A stretch of 64,000 bases of DNA from Candidatus Riflebacteria bacterium HGW-Riflebacteria-1 (lineage in GTDB: Bacteria; Muiribacteriota; Ozemobacteria; Ozemobacterales; Ozemobacteraceae). How positions within the stretch are numbered: position 1 is the first letter of the stretch; every line of letters starts with the position of its first letter. The translations under genes and the position numbers were made by a program. Below the pieces are notes generated by a model. The model had not been told where the DNA came from, did not search any database, and saw only the letters and a list, made by a program, of their open reading frames with translations. Location: the NCBI GenBank assembly GCA_002839445.1, contig PGYB01000006.1, positions 64,001 through 128,000 on the forward strand. Direction: 5' to 3'. Below, in pieces: positions 8,576 to 17,223 of this stretch.

Positions 8576-9433
8576 TCACAGCTCTTCGACGGCGGCAAAA
8601 ATCGCGTCGACCGCGGCCTGCGCTTCGGTCAAACGACCGCTGTGCCGGCGTGTCAGATTGCAGGTCAGCTGAATACCGGGCTTTGAAAAAGTCTGGTCAA
8701 TTTTTAAGCTGATGCCGGGTGGCAGAGGGTTCTGCTCAAGCGCCCGCGCGAATTTGTCGAGCACATCGGTTCGCCGTGGTTGCGCCAGGCGCTGCAGGTT
8801 TTCGAGCACCTCGGCAGCGTCGTTACCAGGAAGATTCCCGGCAGCATCTTTGCCATGCAGATTTTCTGGCAAGACGCCTTTTCTCTGGGCCTGCCGCAAA
8901 AACATGGCGATATTGCGTTTTTCTGAAACTGTGCCGGGCATCTGCAGAAGCGGCAGAGCAAAACGAGCAATGTCCTCACCAAGATGGCCAAGCTCGCGCC
9001 AGATGTTAAGTGGCAGTTGCTGCGCAGGCTGTTTGCTACTGGCCAGAATATTGTCGGCAATATATCTGAGGGCCAGCTGCAGCTGCGGCGAATCAGCTGT
9101 GCCGGCACTGCTGAAAAAAGACGCTTCAGCACCAGCTTCTACCCCGGCAAAAGCTGCCGCCAGCTCAAAAGCGCTCAATTCTCGATGACTGTTCAGCTGC
9201 GTAAAAAGCAGCGCTGGCGACCCAGCTGCTTCAATGCATGGCGCGCTGGCAAAGCCAAGCTGTTTGAGCGCAGTCAATCGCCGGTGCCCGTCACAGAGCA
9301 TGTTCTGGCTGATAACCAGCGGCTGCAGAACACCGTATTCTTTGATACTGCGCACGAGATTATCGTCTGGTGCTGGAGTGGCAGAGCCGAGCAGCGGCTT
9401 AAGATCTTTTACGGGAACTTCAAATATTTTCAT
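8576..9433 (-). CDS. ParB/Srx N-terminal domain protein (ParB-like nuclease/CTPase fold) with an uncharacterised C-terminal region
   Basis: N-terminus GVLQPLVISQN...DGHRRLTALKQLG is a ParB box II-like GxRR motif. Confidence 0.7.
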   Translation of the reverse strand: MKIFEVPVKDLKPLLGSATPAPDDNLVRSIKEYGVLQPLVISQNMLCDGHRRLTALKQLGFASAPCIEAAGSPALLFTQLNSHRELSAFELAAAFAGVEAGAEASFFSSAGTADSPQLQLALRYIADNILASSKQPAQQLPLNIWRELGHLGEDIARFALPLLQMPGTVSEKRNIAMFLRQAQRKGVLPENLHGKDAAGNLPGNDAAEVLENLQRLAQPRRTDVLDKFARALEQNPLPPGISLKIDQTFSKPGIQLTCNLTRRHSGRLTEAQAAVDAIFAAVEEL

Positions 9434-9749
9434 GATGCCGAATTGTAACGCATCCCGGCATCTCCAGCAAGCAATATCAGTGAGCTCCGGTTAATCGCGA
9501 ACTACTCTGGCAGCAGGATACCGGTTTAGTTTTGCCGAGATGTTGATTTTCAGCAACTGAAGACAAGACGCCCTTTCCTGACTCAATGAGTTCGTTTGTA
9601 ACAGAATTGTTTGCTTAAAATGCAGTTTAATTCTGCCACAAGCGAATTAAAATTGAATTCCTGAAAAGCTAATAATTTGGTGCGATCTGGATAATATCGT
9701 TGTATTATCGCTCTGGTCAGTGAATAGATTAACAAATGGAGAGTCGCTG

Positions 9750-10208
9750 ATGCAGTCACCACAACAGAAGGTTTTCTACTATAAGCATGGCTGGAGAACG
9801 CTTTTCACCGTTGATACATTGTTCGTCTGCCTGATGATGCCAATCGCTTTTTATGGCTTTGCTCTTCTTTTGTTCGATAAATATGCTTTTCATACGATGC
9901 TTGTCTATGCTGTGATCGCCTTCATTCTAGCGATAAAAAGAGTCTTTAATGATCCGGTGCCTTTTGTCTGTAAGACTTCACAGCATCTGATAATTAATTA
10001 CGCAATGTTCGGTTTCATTTACAAATCTTACAAAATCGTGCTCGATCAGATCAACAATGTTGAAGTCTGGGAAACAACCTACAGAGGTGCAAAATCTGTT
10101 TACCTCAAGATTACAGCTGCAAAAAAAGTATTTAAAGTTCATGAAGAACTTTTGCAGTCCGCCAGTGATATCAATAAGATAGAGCAAACCATTCGCGAAG
10201 CTATGTAA
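9750..10208 (+). CDS. Membrane protein with two TM helices and a cytoplasmic domain, in an AT-rich segment
   Basis: GGAGAG lies 6 nt upstream of ATG 9750; a start at 9720 is an alternative. Two hydrophobic helices are followed by a soluble domain. Local GC is clearly lower than in the neighbouring DNA. Confidence 0.5.
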   Translation: MQSPQQKVFYYKHGWRTLFTVDTLFVCLMMPIAFYGFALLLFDKYAFHTMLVYAVIAFILAIKRVFNDPVPFVCKTSQHLIINYAMFGFIYKSYKIVLDQINNVEVWETTYRGAKSVYLKITAAKKVFKVHEELLQSASDINKIEQTIREAM

Positions 10209-10216
10209 ACAAGCTA

Positions 10217-12208
10217 CTAGCGTTTGCGTTTGAAAAGGTTTTCGAGGCCTTTGAGCAGTTCTTTGGCGGGGTCGGTCTTTTTGGTTGCGGGGGCGGTTTC
10301 GGTGCTGGCTGGTTCTTTGCTGCGGGGGTTCAGGATATCCTGCAGTATTTTCTGTCCTTGACGCTGCAGGCCCAGTTCAAGGAGTTTTCCTGAATTGAAG
10401 CCGGGAAAGGAGGGTGCCGTCAGAGTGCCTTCGACGCGGCTCGGCATGTTGGCGGTTTTGCCGTCGAGAGAAATCTGCCGCAGAACCTGGCTTTTAGCTA
10501 CAGCTGCCGGGGAGAAACTGATTGTGATGTTGCCTTTCAGGCTGGTGTCGAGACCGATATCGCCGCGATAATCAGCCCTGCCGGCTGAACTTAGAAAATT
10601 CAGGTCGTTGGTTGTCATAATTCCCTGATGGAGAACGAAAGTCCCTCTCGCTTCGGTTATGTCGCCCGAGGAAAATTCTTTGAGGTTGACCAGTGACAGA
10701 AAAGGTGTCACGACTGGCGGCGTGTTGTATCTGCCGTTTTGCATGAGCAGACTGCCGTTGCCGTTCCATGACGCGAGGGTTTCGACATCGCCGTCTGCTT
10801 TTAAAGTTACTCCCACTGGCCCGGTAATTACCTGCTTCTGTGTCGTGTTGCTGTCGAGAAAAGATTCGACGCGTAAACCGCTGGCCCTGGCATTAATCTG
10901 CAGCTGAACCGGATGTTTGTCATGAAAAACCTTGCCACTGCCGTCGAGAGTGCCGCCGAAAAGCTTTGCCTGCGCACTGGTGATGGTAAAATCATTCCCG
11001 GCATAGCTGAAACTGGCGTTGACATCGAGAAACGGAAATACGTATGAGCTGCGATTTGTCGACGATACCGGCACAGCAATATCAAAGCGCGGAACAAAAG
11101 CCGATCCGGTCAGAGAAAACTTTGTCGCAGCGCTTTCAGCCTGCAACTTTGCTGAAAGCTTATGCAATTCTATTTTTTTATCAGGAATAGAGAGTGAGGC
11201 ATCGGTAATCGCGATGTCGGCTGAAACCAGGCCGTCAGATATTTTTCCGGTTACCGCCATAGTGGCTGAAACTTGTTTAATTTCAGGGCTGGCGTTGTAG
11301 ACAATAGAATCGACATCGTGCAGACCAGCTGAGAACGAGAACTGAAGGGGCGCCGCTGCTGCCATGGCAAACTGGAGTTCTGCACCAGTTTTGCCGCCGG
11401 TCAGTCGCAGACCGTCGATGCGGTCTGGCATGAGTGCCTTGATGATTTCAAACAGGTTTTCGGCCGACGACGAGTCAATACTCATCGAACCTGAAGCCTG
11501 CAGAGGCGTGAGCGCCTGTGCTTTCAAGCTGACCTTTACTGGCAGCATCGAGGTTGCTGTAGCGTTCTTGGCGCCGGGCAGAGAAGCGTTACCGTTGAAA
11601 TCGACGGCTAATTCTTTGCCTGACTCAGATCTGGTAGCCGTTAGCGCGGGCAACTGTAACAGCACGGTTTTATTGGATTTTTGTGAAGTTACCCGCAGCT
11701 CAAACTTGCTGCCAATAATCTTATCAAAAGGAAGGTCTTTGATGCCTGATTTAAGACCAGACGAGACCGGCTTTTTTATGTCGCCCGGCACCGGCTTTTT
11801 TATATCGCCCAGCACGGGCTTTCCATCGGCATCAAGACTTACAGTCGCCTTTAATGACTTTATATTTACTTCTTTCATGACCAGATTGCCGCCGAGAAGA
11901 CTCATAAAATCGCAGGTAGCAGACAGTTCTTTTATCTCAGCCGAGGGCAGTTCTGGCCGTGCAGGGTCGCCGATTTTGACACCGGTCAGTTTAACGGTCG
12001 CATAACTGATTTTATAGTCTTTGACGGCAACCGGCATGCCAGCCAGTTCAGAAATTTTCTTTTCGAACTGCTCTTTGATGCTTATGGCCTGCTGTTCTTC
12101 GGCAGACAGCATGGTGGCTGCGAGCAGCGCAAAGCAGAATAATGCGACGATAGCCTTCCAAAAAGCTCGCCTTTGCGAGGAAAAGGGTAAAGTAATATTT
12201 CTGGTCAT
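10217..12208 (-). CDS. AsmA-family protein (N-terminal signal anchor, long periplasmic beta-rich region)
   Basis: N-terminal TM anchor, size of 663 aa and overall composition are typical of the AsmA/TamB-like family. It has an internal duplicated GDIKKPV segment. GAGAGG RBS is present. Confidence 0.6.
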   Translation of the reverse strand: MTRNITLPFSSQRRAFWKAIVALFCFALLAATMLSAEEQQAISIKEQFEKKISELAGMPVAVKDYKISYATVKLTGVKIGDPARPELPSAEIKELSATCDFMSLLGGNLVMKEVNIKSLKATVSLDADGKPVLGDIKKPVPGDIKKPVSSGLKSGIKDLPFDKIIGSKFELRVTSQKSNKTVLLQLPALTATRSESGKELAVDFNGNASLPGAKNATATSMLPVKVSLKAQALTPLQASGSMSIDSSSAENLFEIIKALMPDRIDGLRLTGGKTGAELQFAMAAAAPLQFSFSAGLHDVDSIVYNASPEIKQVSATMAVTGKISDGLVSADIAITDASLSIPDKKIELHKLSAKLQAESAATKFSLTGSAFVPRFDIAVPVSSTNRSSYVFPFLDVNASFSYAGNDFTITSAQAKLFGGTLDGSGKVFHDKHPVQLQINARASGLRVESFLDSNTTQKQVITGPVGVTLKADGDVETLASWNGNGSLLMQNGRYNTPPVVTPFLSLVNLKEFSSGDITEARGTFVLHQGIMTTNDLNFLSSAGRADYRGDIGLDTSLKGNITISFSPAAVAKSQVLRQISLDGKTANMPSRVEGTLTAPSFPGFNSGKLLELGLQRQGQKILQDILNPRSKEPASTETAPATKKTDPAKELLKGLENLFKRKR

Positions 12209-12690
12209 AATGTTTGCCTCTCGTATGTCTGGTTTGGCGGTGATTATTAACAGCTAACACCTATATTTGGGGGAGATCTCAGTCTCCGAAGCTGTCTCAG
12301 GTATCTATGAGATCGCTAAGACATCTTTCTGGTGCCTCGCGATGACAGGAATCATCTCTATATGGGTGTTTAACAAACCCCTGACCTAAAGATATGCATA
12401 ATACACCAAGAAAGCGAGATAAAAATGACGGTGCAGGATTTGTGAATTATTACACAGTCGAAAACAGCAGTTATTTCCAGGTCAACGTCGCCACCACTGC
12501 CCACGTCACCCGCAAAAAGTTGCTCACAGACTTTTTCGAGTCGTTTACCATGAGCTGGTAACGCTTCTTTTACTGAAACACAGATTTATCAAAAAAAGTT
12601 CCCCGAAGCTCCTCGAAATCGTGCGAATGGGTATTGCTGGTTGGGCAAATTTTCATTAAAATATAGATAAATATTTTAGGAGGATTTGAC

Positions 12691-13314
12691 ATGCTTTGTA
12701 GTAAATGGTTCAAAACACTGGCACTGGTAATGTTTTTTGCTGGTCTGGTTTCGGTTGCGCAGGCGGCCACTTATGGTTATATGGTTGTGCGCGGCAAGGA
12801 TCAGGCTATGATTGAACGCGAAATTACGACGATCGAGCGCCTGATCAAGACCTGGCCCAACGGCGAAGTTCTTTATGTTCATACCGTTAAAGCCGGCGCC
12901 ATGTTTTTCAAGCGCATTACCTCGACAATATTCTTTGCCGGCAACCGCACCGAGATTTCGAAATTCCTCACCCAGGGGCCCTATGAAGGCGATTATCTGC
13001 GTGACATTACCGTCAGCTTCAGCTACAGCAGTCTGCGCGACAAAAATGGTTACGATGGCGAAATCAACACAACTTTCACCCGCAAGTTTACCAATATCCG
13101 CAAGGCTGTTGAAACCGTGCAGGGCAAGAATGCCGAGATCCTCTGGAACGAGCTGAAAGACAGCAAGGTTTCTGCTTATAAAAAGCACCTGGTCAGCGAA
13201 GAACTGATCGCACCGCGCGTCAGCGTAGTGTTTTACAGCATGCAGCCAACCGAAGACAACCGTCTGCTCGGTATCAGCTACAGCGCAGACAAGGTCAGCA
13301 ACAGCCGCAAGTAA
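12691..13314 (+). CDS. Secreted hypothetical protein
   Basis: Strong AGGAGG RBS. Signal peptide MLCSKWFKTLALVMFFAGLVSVAQA. The longer antisense ORF 12676..13494 is judged spurious. Confidence 0.6.
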   Translation: MLCSKWFKTLALVMFFAGLVSVAQAATYGYMVVRGKDQAMIEREITTIERLIKTWPNGEVLYVHTVKAGAMFFKRITSTIFFAGNRTEISKFLTQGPYEGDYLRDITVSFSYSSLRDKNGYDGEINTTFTRKFTNIRKAVETVQGKNAEILWNELKDSKVSAYKKHLVSEELIAPRVSVVFYSMQPTEDNRLLGISYSADKVSNSRK

Positions 13315-13447
13315 TATATCGCACGCAAGAAGCGCTTTGGCATTAATGCTGCCAAGGCGCTTCTTTTGTATACAAAGGAATGAATCAATTTGGCGACATG
13401 TTTTTTCGTGAGGAATCAGAGATACTGATGAGCGATTGGCCAGTCGG

Positions 13448-13500
13448 TCGATTACGATCAGGATTCCGATTACGATTACCGCTGCGCTGAGCACGATTAA
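13448..13500. repeat. Weak copy of the CGATTA-hexamer intergenic motif (locus A)
   Basis: tcgattacgat...ccgattacgattacc...cacgattaa upstream of the cyclase operon. Confidence 0.4.
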
Positions 13501-13569
13501 AGCATTTTAGTTGCGCGACATTCAATGGTAGTAATATAATTAGTAACAGTGGATCAGGGAGCGTGAATC

Positions 13570-14373
13570 GTGAAAACACAGGCGATTGAGCGTATTGTAA
13601 ACAGTTTTGACACCATGCAGTTTTCGACTGACAGGCTGGCAACTGATTTTCTTGACGTGCTGGCCAGACTCGAAGATGCTGCGATACAAAAGCGCTTGCT
13701 GCAGGAACTGATCGGAAAATATGTAGAGCTGGAAAAGCGCGTCGATGGCTTGCTGCGCAATACGCTGCCTGAGAGCGTAGCCGACGAGATAAAATTCAAC
13801 AGTGAATACCCGCCGCGGGCGTTTGCAGGCACCATTTTCTTTTCTGACTGCGCCGGCTTTACCAGACTGGCTGAAAAAATGTCAGCTGAAGTTCTTATTG
13901 AGAGGCTTCATCTACTCTTTTCCGGCACTGACAAAATTATGGCGCGACATGGTGGCACCAAGATAAAAACCATCGGCGACTCATACATGGCTTGTTTCGG
14001 AGCGCCGATTGCGCAGGCTGAACATGCCCGTCGAGCAATTGATGCCGCGCTCGATGTTATTGAATTTCTGCGGGAATTCAATGCCGGCCAGCCTTTGCCG
14101 ATTGAAATGAGAATAGGCATACATTCTGGTAAGTTCATTGGCGGGGTTGTCGGCAAGGATCGCATGCAGTTCGACATATTTGGCGATACCGTCAATACTG
14201 CATCGCGCTTTGAATCATCTGGCGAAAAAGGCCGGGTGAATATATCCGGTGACACTTTCGAGCAGGTTATTAAATATTTCAACTTTGAAAGCCGTGGCGA
14301 AATCTCGCTGAAGAACAAGGATCCAATGAAAGCATATTTTGTAACAGGCCGCCAGAAAGAAGCGGCGAGGTAA
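13570..14373 (+). CDS. Class III adenylate/guanylate cyclase with an N-terminal coiled-coil-like region
   Basis: CHD motifs FFSDCAGFT, GDSYMACFGAP, IGIHSGKFIGGVVG and FDIFGDTVNTASR. GTG start with AGGGAG RBS. Confidence 0.8.
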   Translation: MKTQAIERIVNSFDTMQFSTDRLATDFLDVLARLEDAAIQKRLLQELIGKYVELEKRVDGLLRNTLPESVADEIKFNSEYPPRAFAGTIFFSDCAGFTRLAEKMSAEVLIERLHLLFSGTDKIMARHGGTKIKTIGDSYMACFGAPIAQAEHARRAIDAALDVIEFLREFNAGQPLPIEMRIGIHSGKFIGGVVGKDRMQFDIFGDTVNTASRFESSGEKGRVNISGDTFEQVIKYFNFESRGEISLKNKDPMKAYFVTGRQKEAAR

Positions 14374-14376
14374 TAA

Positions 14377-15186
14377 ATGGATATAAACGGTAACTACAAT
14401 CGACCAGTCAAGGTCGCTGATGGCATTTTCTGGATCGGCGTCTACGAACCTGAAGCTAATCTGCACTGTAACGCCTATCTCCTGGTCGAGGGTGAACACG
14501 CGCTTATAATTGATGGCGGCAGTCGCCCTGATTTTGCCAATATCATGATGAAGATACTGCAGGCCGGCGTTCAGCCACAAAAAATTGCTGGCCTGATTTA
14601 TCAGCACTACGACCCTGATTTGTGTGGTTCTCTGTCTAATTACATTGATCTTTGTGACAACAAAGATCTGAAAATATACTCAAAAGCCAGTAACAATATG
14701 TTTTTACGATACTACTTTGAGAAGAGCCATCATGCAAAGCTTACTGACATTGGCGTCAGCAATTACGAGCTTGATTTCTATGGTCGTCGGCTCAAGTTTA
14801 TCAAAACCCCTTACACTCACGCGGCCGGCAGCTTTGTAACCTTCGATGAGCTCACCGGCACGCTTTTTACCAGCGATCTGTTTGGCAGCTTTTCCCAGAA
14901 ATGGCGACTTTTTGAGGAATTTAACGACGGGTGCCTTACCTGTAATGAATATGGCAATTGCCCCAACCATGTTGATTATTGTCCGTTGCCTGACCTGATA
15001 AGTTTTCACCAACATGTCATGCCATGCAACAAGTCGCTGTCATATTCGATGGGATTGCTTGAAAAACTGCCGGTAAAAATCATCGCACCACAACATGGCA
15101 GTGTTTATAACAAAAAGCGCGATATCGCATTTCTGATTTCGTTGCTTAAAGACCTTAAAGAAGTTGGAATGGACGCTATCGCCTGA
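14377..15186 (+). CDS. Metallo-beta-lactamase-fold protein resembling the diiron domain of flavodiiron/ODP proteins; it has no flavodoxin domain
   Basis: Segments LLVEGEHALIIDGG, YQHYDPDL (degenerate HxExDH), APQHG. Unusual CLTCNEYGNCPNHVDYC four-Cys insertion. Only 3 nt separate it from the cyclase gene. Confidence 0.55.
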   Translation: MDINGNYNRPVKVADGIFWIGVYEPEANLHCNAYLLVEGEHALIIDGGSRPDFANIMMKILQAGVQPQKIAGLIYQHYDPDLCGSLSNYIDLCDNKDLKIYSKASNNMFLRYYFEKSHHAKLTDIGVSNYELDFYGRRLKFIKTPYTHAAGSFVTFDELTGTLFTSDLFGSFSQKWRLFEEFNDGCLTCNEYGNCPNHVDYCPLPDLISFHQHVMPCNKSLSYSMGLLEKLPVKIIAPQHGSVYNKKRDIAFLISLLKDLKEVGMDAIA

Positions 15187-15211
15187 AATCGATCTAGAAA
15201 GGAATGCTTTA

Positions 15212-15667
15212 ATGTCAAAAGTACAGGAGTTGCTCGATCTGATTGATGCTTTTACTGCTAACGAGCTGGCGCTTGCTGGTTATTACGAGCTTTGCGCCGA
15301 AAAGTTTCCGCAGGAGAGTGAGCAATGGAAACGGCTGATGGCCGAAGAAGAAATGCACGCACAGGTTTTCAGAAAAATTCGCAAATCGGTTGAAGAAAAA
15401 CCCGAAATGTGGAAAATCGGGCGTTTTACGATACAGACGGTTAATCTGATCTGCAAGTCGGTTAAAGACAAAACCGAAGAGCTTAAACGGGGATCAATAA
15501 ACCCCAAGTATGCGATAAATTTTATCGCAGATGTTGAGCAGTCACTTATCGAAGGTAATATCAGCAAGTCGCTTGATACAGAAGTTGAAGAGTTTCGTGC
15601 CCTCCTCAACAGAGTTCAGGAAGACACCACCGGGCACAAACAGCTGCTTCTCAGTCTGCGAAAATAG
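15212..15667 (+). CDS. Ferritin-like / rubrerythrin-like four-helix-bundle protein
   Basis: ELALAGYYELCAEKF...EEEMHAQ gives an E...Y plus ExxH diiron-carboxylate-like half-site. AAGGAA RBS lies before ATG 15212; the in-frame ATG at 15164 is an alternative start. Confidence 0.45.
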   Translation: MSKVQELLDLIDAFTANELALAGYYELCAEKFPQESEQWKRLMAEEEMHAQVFRKIRKSVEEKPEMWKIGRFTIQTVNLICKSVKDKTEELKRGSINPKYAINFIADVEQSLIEGNISKSLDTEVEEFRALLNRVQEDTTGHKQLLLSLRK

Positions 15668-15674
15668 CTGTTTT

Positions 15675-16211
15675 TCAGCTGGCTGCAGCTGGTTTGCGAT
15701 TATAGAAGCCGAGAATAATGCCGAGAGCGACCGACCATACGGCGGCAAGGCCGATTTGGTAAGGCTTTGGCAGAGCGAAAGTTACGCTGTGCGCCGGGAT
15801 CCAGAACCAGAGCAGCGACATGAAACCCTTGTCGATGTTGGCCCAGTTGCTTTTGCGCGCGATAAGATTGTCGAGCAGGCGATGCATCAGCACGAGAAAC
15901 GGCCCGAACTGAAGATTGGTCGCTGTCGAGATCGCTATTGCCCTGCCCCACCCGCTGAGCTCGGGCAGCATTTTGTGCTGCACCAGCGAATCAACAAAGC
16001 CGGCAAAGCCGGTAAAAGCGTATTTGATAAGAACAGCCAGTATAGCCCATTCAAGCATTTTCGCCAGCAGCGTGGCAAAGCCAAATGGCTTGCTGACGCG
16101 GCTTTCGATGATCCATTTGGCGATGACGTCGCCGAAAGTGCCGAGAACGGCAAACTGCAGCATGGCGGACACTATTGGCCAGGTAGTTACAAATTCAATA
16201 TAGTTCTGCAT
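15675..16211 (-). CDS. Integral membrane protein, hypothetical
   Basis: Several hydrophobic helices. The overlapping plus-strand ORF 15531..16274 is judged spurious. Confidence 0.5.
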   Translation of the reverse strand: MQNYIEFVTTWPIVSAMLQFAVLGTFGDVIAKWIIESRVSKPFGFATLLAKMLEWAILAVLIKYAFTGFAGFVDSLVQHKMLPELSGWGRAIAISTATNLQFGPFLVLMHRLLDNLIARKSNWANIDKGFMSLLWFWIPAHSVTFALPKPYQIGLAAVWSVALGIILGFYNRKPAAAS

Positions 16212-16247
16212 GAAGTATTCTCAATCTTTCAATTTAATCAGTTAATC

Positions 16248-16754
16248 TTAAGTAGTCGACTCTTCAAGGGTTAAAATAACGAGATCGCCGATTTTTTCGC
16301 TGGAAACGTAAATTACCGTTCTACGGTCATCGAGCCATTCAAATTCAGGACTGGCAGGGATACGAGTTTTGGGAAGCCCCGTTGAATGAGAGTAGCGCAT
16401 AGCCTGAAGCATGATACAGCTTCGACATTTATCTCTTCGACCGCAGCCTTCCGGTTCTTCTGCCTGTTGGCATTTTAAAACGTTGCCACATTTCATTCCG
16501 CGAATCTGGTCAGGCGTTACAGCTGAGATCTCAATCGCTTTACGGTTTGCGGCTAAGACGTTTTCTTCTGGGTCCATGACCAGAACAGGCCCCGGAAATC
16601 TGTCCAGAAATTCCTGCATTGGCTCAGACATAGTTTCGAACATCTTTCTTGCACAATTTGAGCAGATACCATGACTGATCAGGCGCGCAGGATGTTCGAC
16701 CTGATGGTCGGTTCCTGAAATTTTGCCGCACCAGGCGCATTTGTGTTGCATCAC
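16248..16754 (-). CDS. Cys-rich (zinc-ribbon-like) hypothetical protein
   Basis: CAWCG...ICSNCA and CGNVLKC...CGRRDKCRSC cysteine pairs. Confidence 0.5.
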   Translation of the reverse strand: MMQHKCAWCGKISGTDHQVEHPARLISHGICSNCARKMFETMSEPMQEFLDRFPGPVLVMDPEENVLAANRKAIEISAVTPDQIRGMKCGNVLKCQQAEEPEGCGRRDKCRSCIMLQAMRYSHSTGLPKTRIPASPEFEWLDDRRTVIYVSSEKIGDLVILTLEESTT

Positions 16755-17212
16755 TCGCTCCTCTGCTCTAAAACAGTTATTGGCATGCCGGGCTTGATAA
16801 TACCACCTTCGAGTATTTCGGCGCGCAGGCCACCGCGGTCGTGCATGGCGGTAAGCAGATCAGCGGCGAGCATCTCTTGCAGATAGCGGCATGGCTGGCA
16901 GAGTTCCCACGCGTAAAGAAGAACTTCGCCAACGCGAAACCTTTTGCCAAGCAGGCTGTTAAGTTCGATACCCTGCGTTATCAGGTTGCGTCTGAAATCA
17001 CCGGGGGCGAAATCGCTGCCAAGCTGGCGGTTACACGCCTGTATTGCCTCGATAGACTGCAGGGTAATCGCGCCTTTATTGGCAACATCGCTGTTTTCTA
17101 CAAAATAACGGTCGCCAACCAGGCCGCAGTCGGCTCTGGCAAAAGCTTCGCCGCGTTCAACCGTTTTGCTGCCGGTCTGGTCGCAGGTAAATATCTGTAT
17201 TATTTTTGCCAT
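16751..17212 (-). CDS. MOSC-domain protein
   Basis: YAWELCQPCRYL carries the conserved MOSC cysteine. About 150 aa. Confidence 0.75.
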   Translation of the reverse strand: MAKIIQIFTCDQTGSKTVERGEAFARADCGLVGDRYFVENSDVANKGAITLQSIEAIQACNRQLGSDFAPGDFRRNLITQGIELNSLLGKRFRVGEVLLYAWELCQPCRYLQEMLAADLLTAMHDRGGLRAEILEGGIIKPGMPITVLEQRSE

Positions 17213-17223
17213 GTTTTTCCTGT

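Noticed and set aside
7274-9494. Overlapping ORFs 7274..7879(-), 7791..8363(+), 8704..9132(-), 8712..9188(+), 8984..9448(+), 9234..9494(+)
   Set aside because: All lie antisense or off-frame to the radical SAM and ParB-like genes. They are Arg/Ala/Ser-rich products without domains.
12394-12561. 55-codon ORF (MHNTPRKRDKNDGAGFVNYYTVENSSYFQVNVATTAHVTRKKLLTDFFESFTMSW) in the 480-nt intergenic region before 12691
   Set aside because: No RBS and no recognisable family. It may be a leader or small peptide but the sequence gives no support, so it is not called.
12676-13494. 272-aa minus-strand ORF overlapping the secreted-protein gene 12691..13314
   Set aside because: The plus-strand gene has a perfect AGGAGG RBS and a signal peptide. 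The minus ORF has neither and a low-complexity composition.
13908-14607. Minus-strand ORFs 13908..14318 and 14215..14607, and plus-strand ORF 15531..16274
   Set aside because: They are antisense to the cyclase and MBL genes with conserved motifs. The ORF at 15531 starts inside the ferritin-like gene and overlaps a membrane-protein gene on the other strand.
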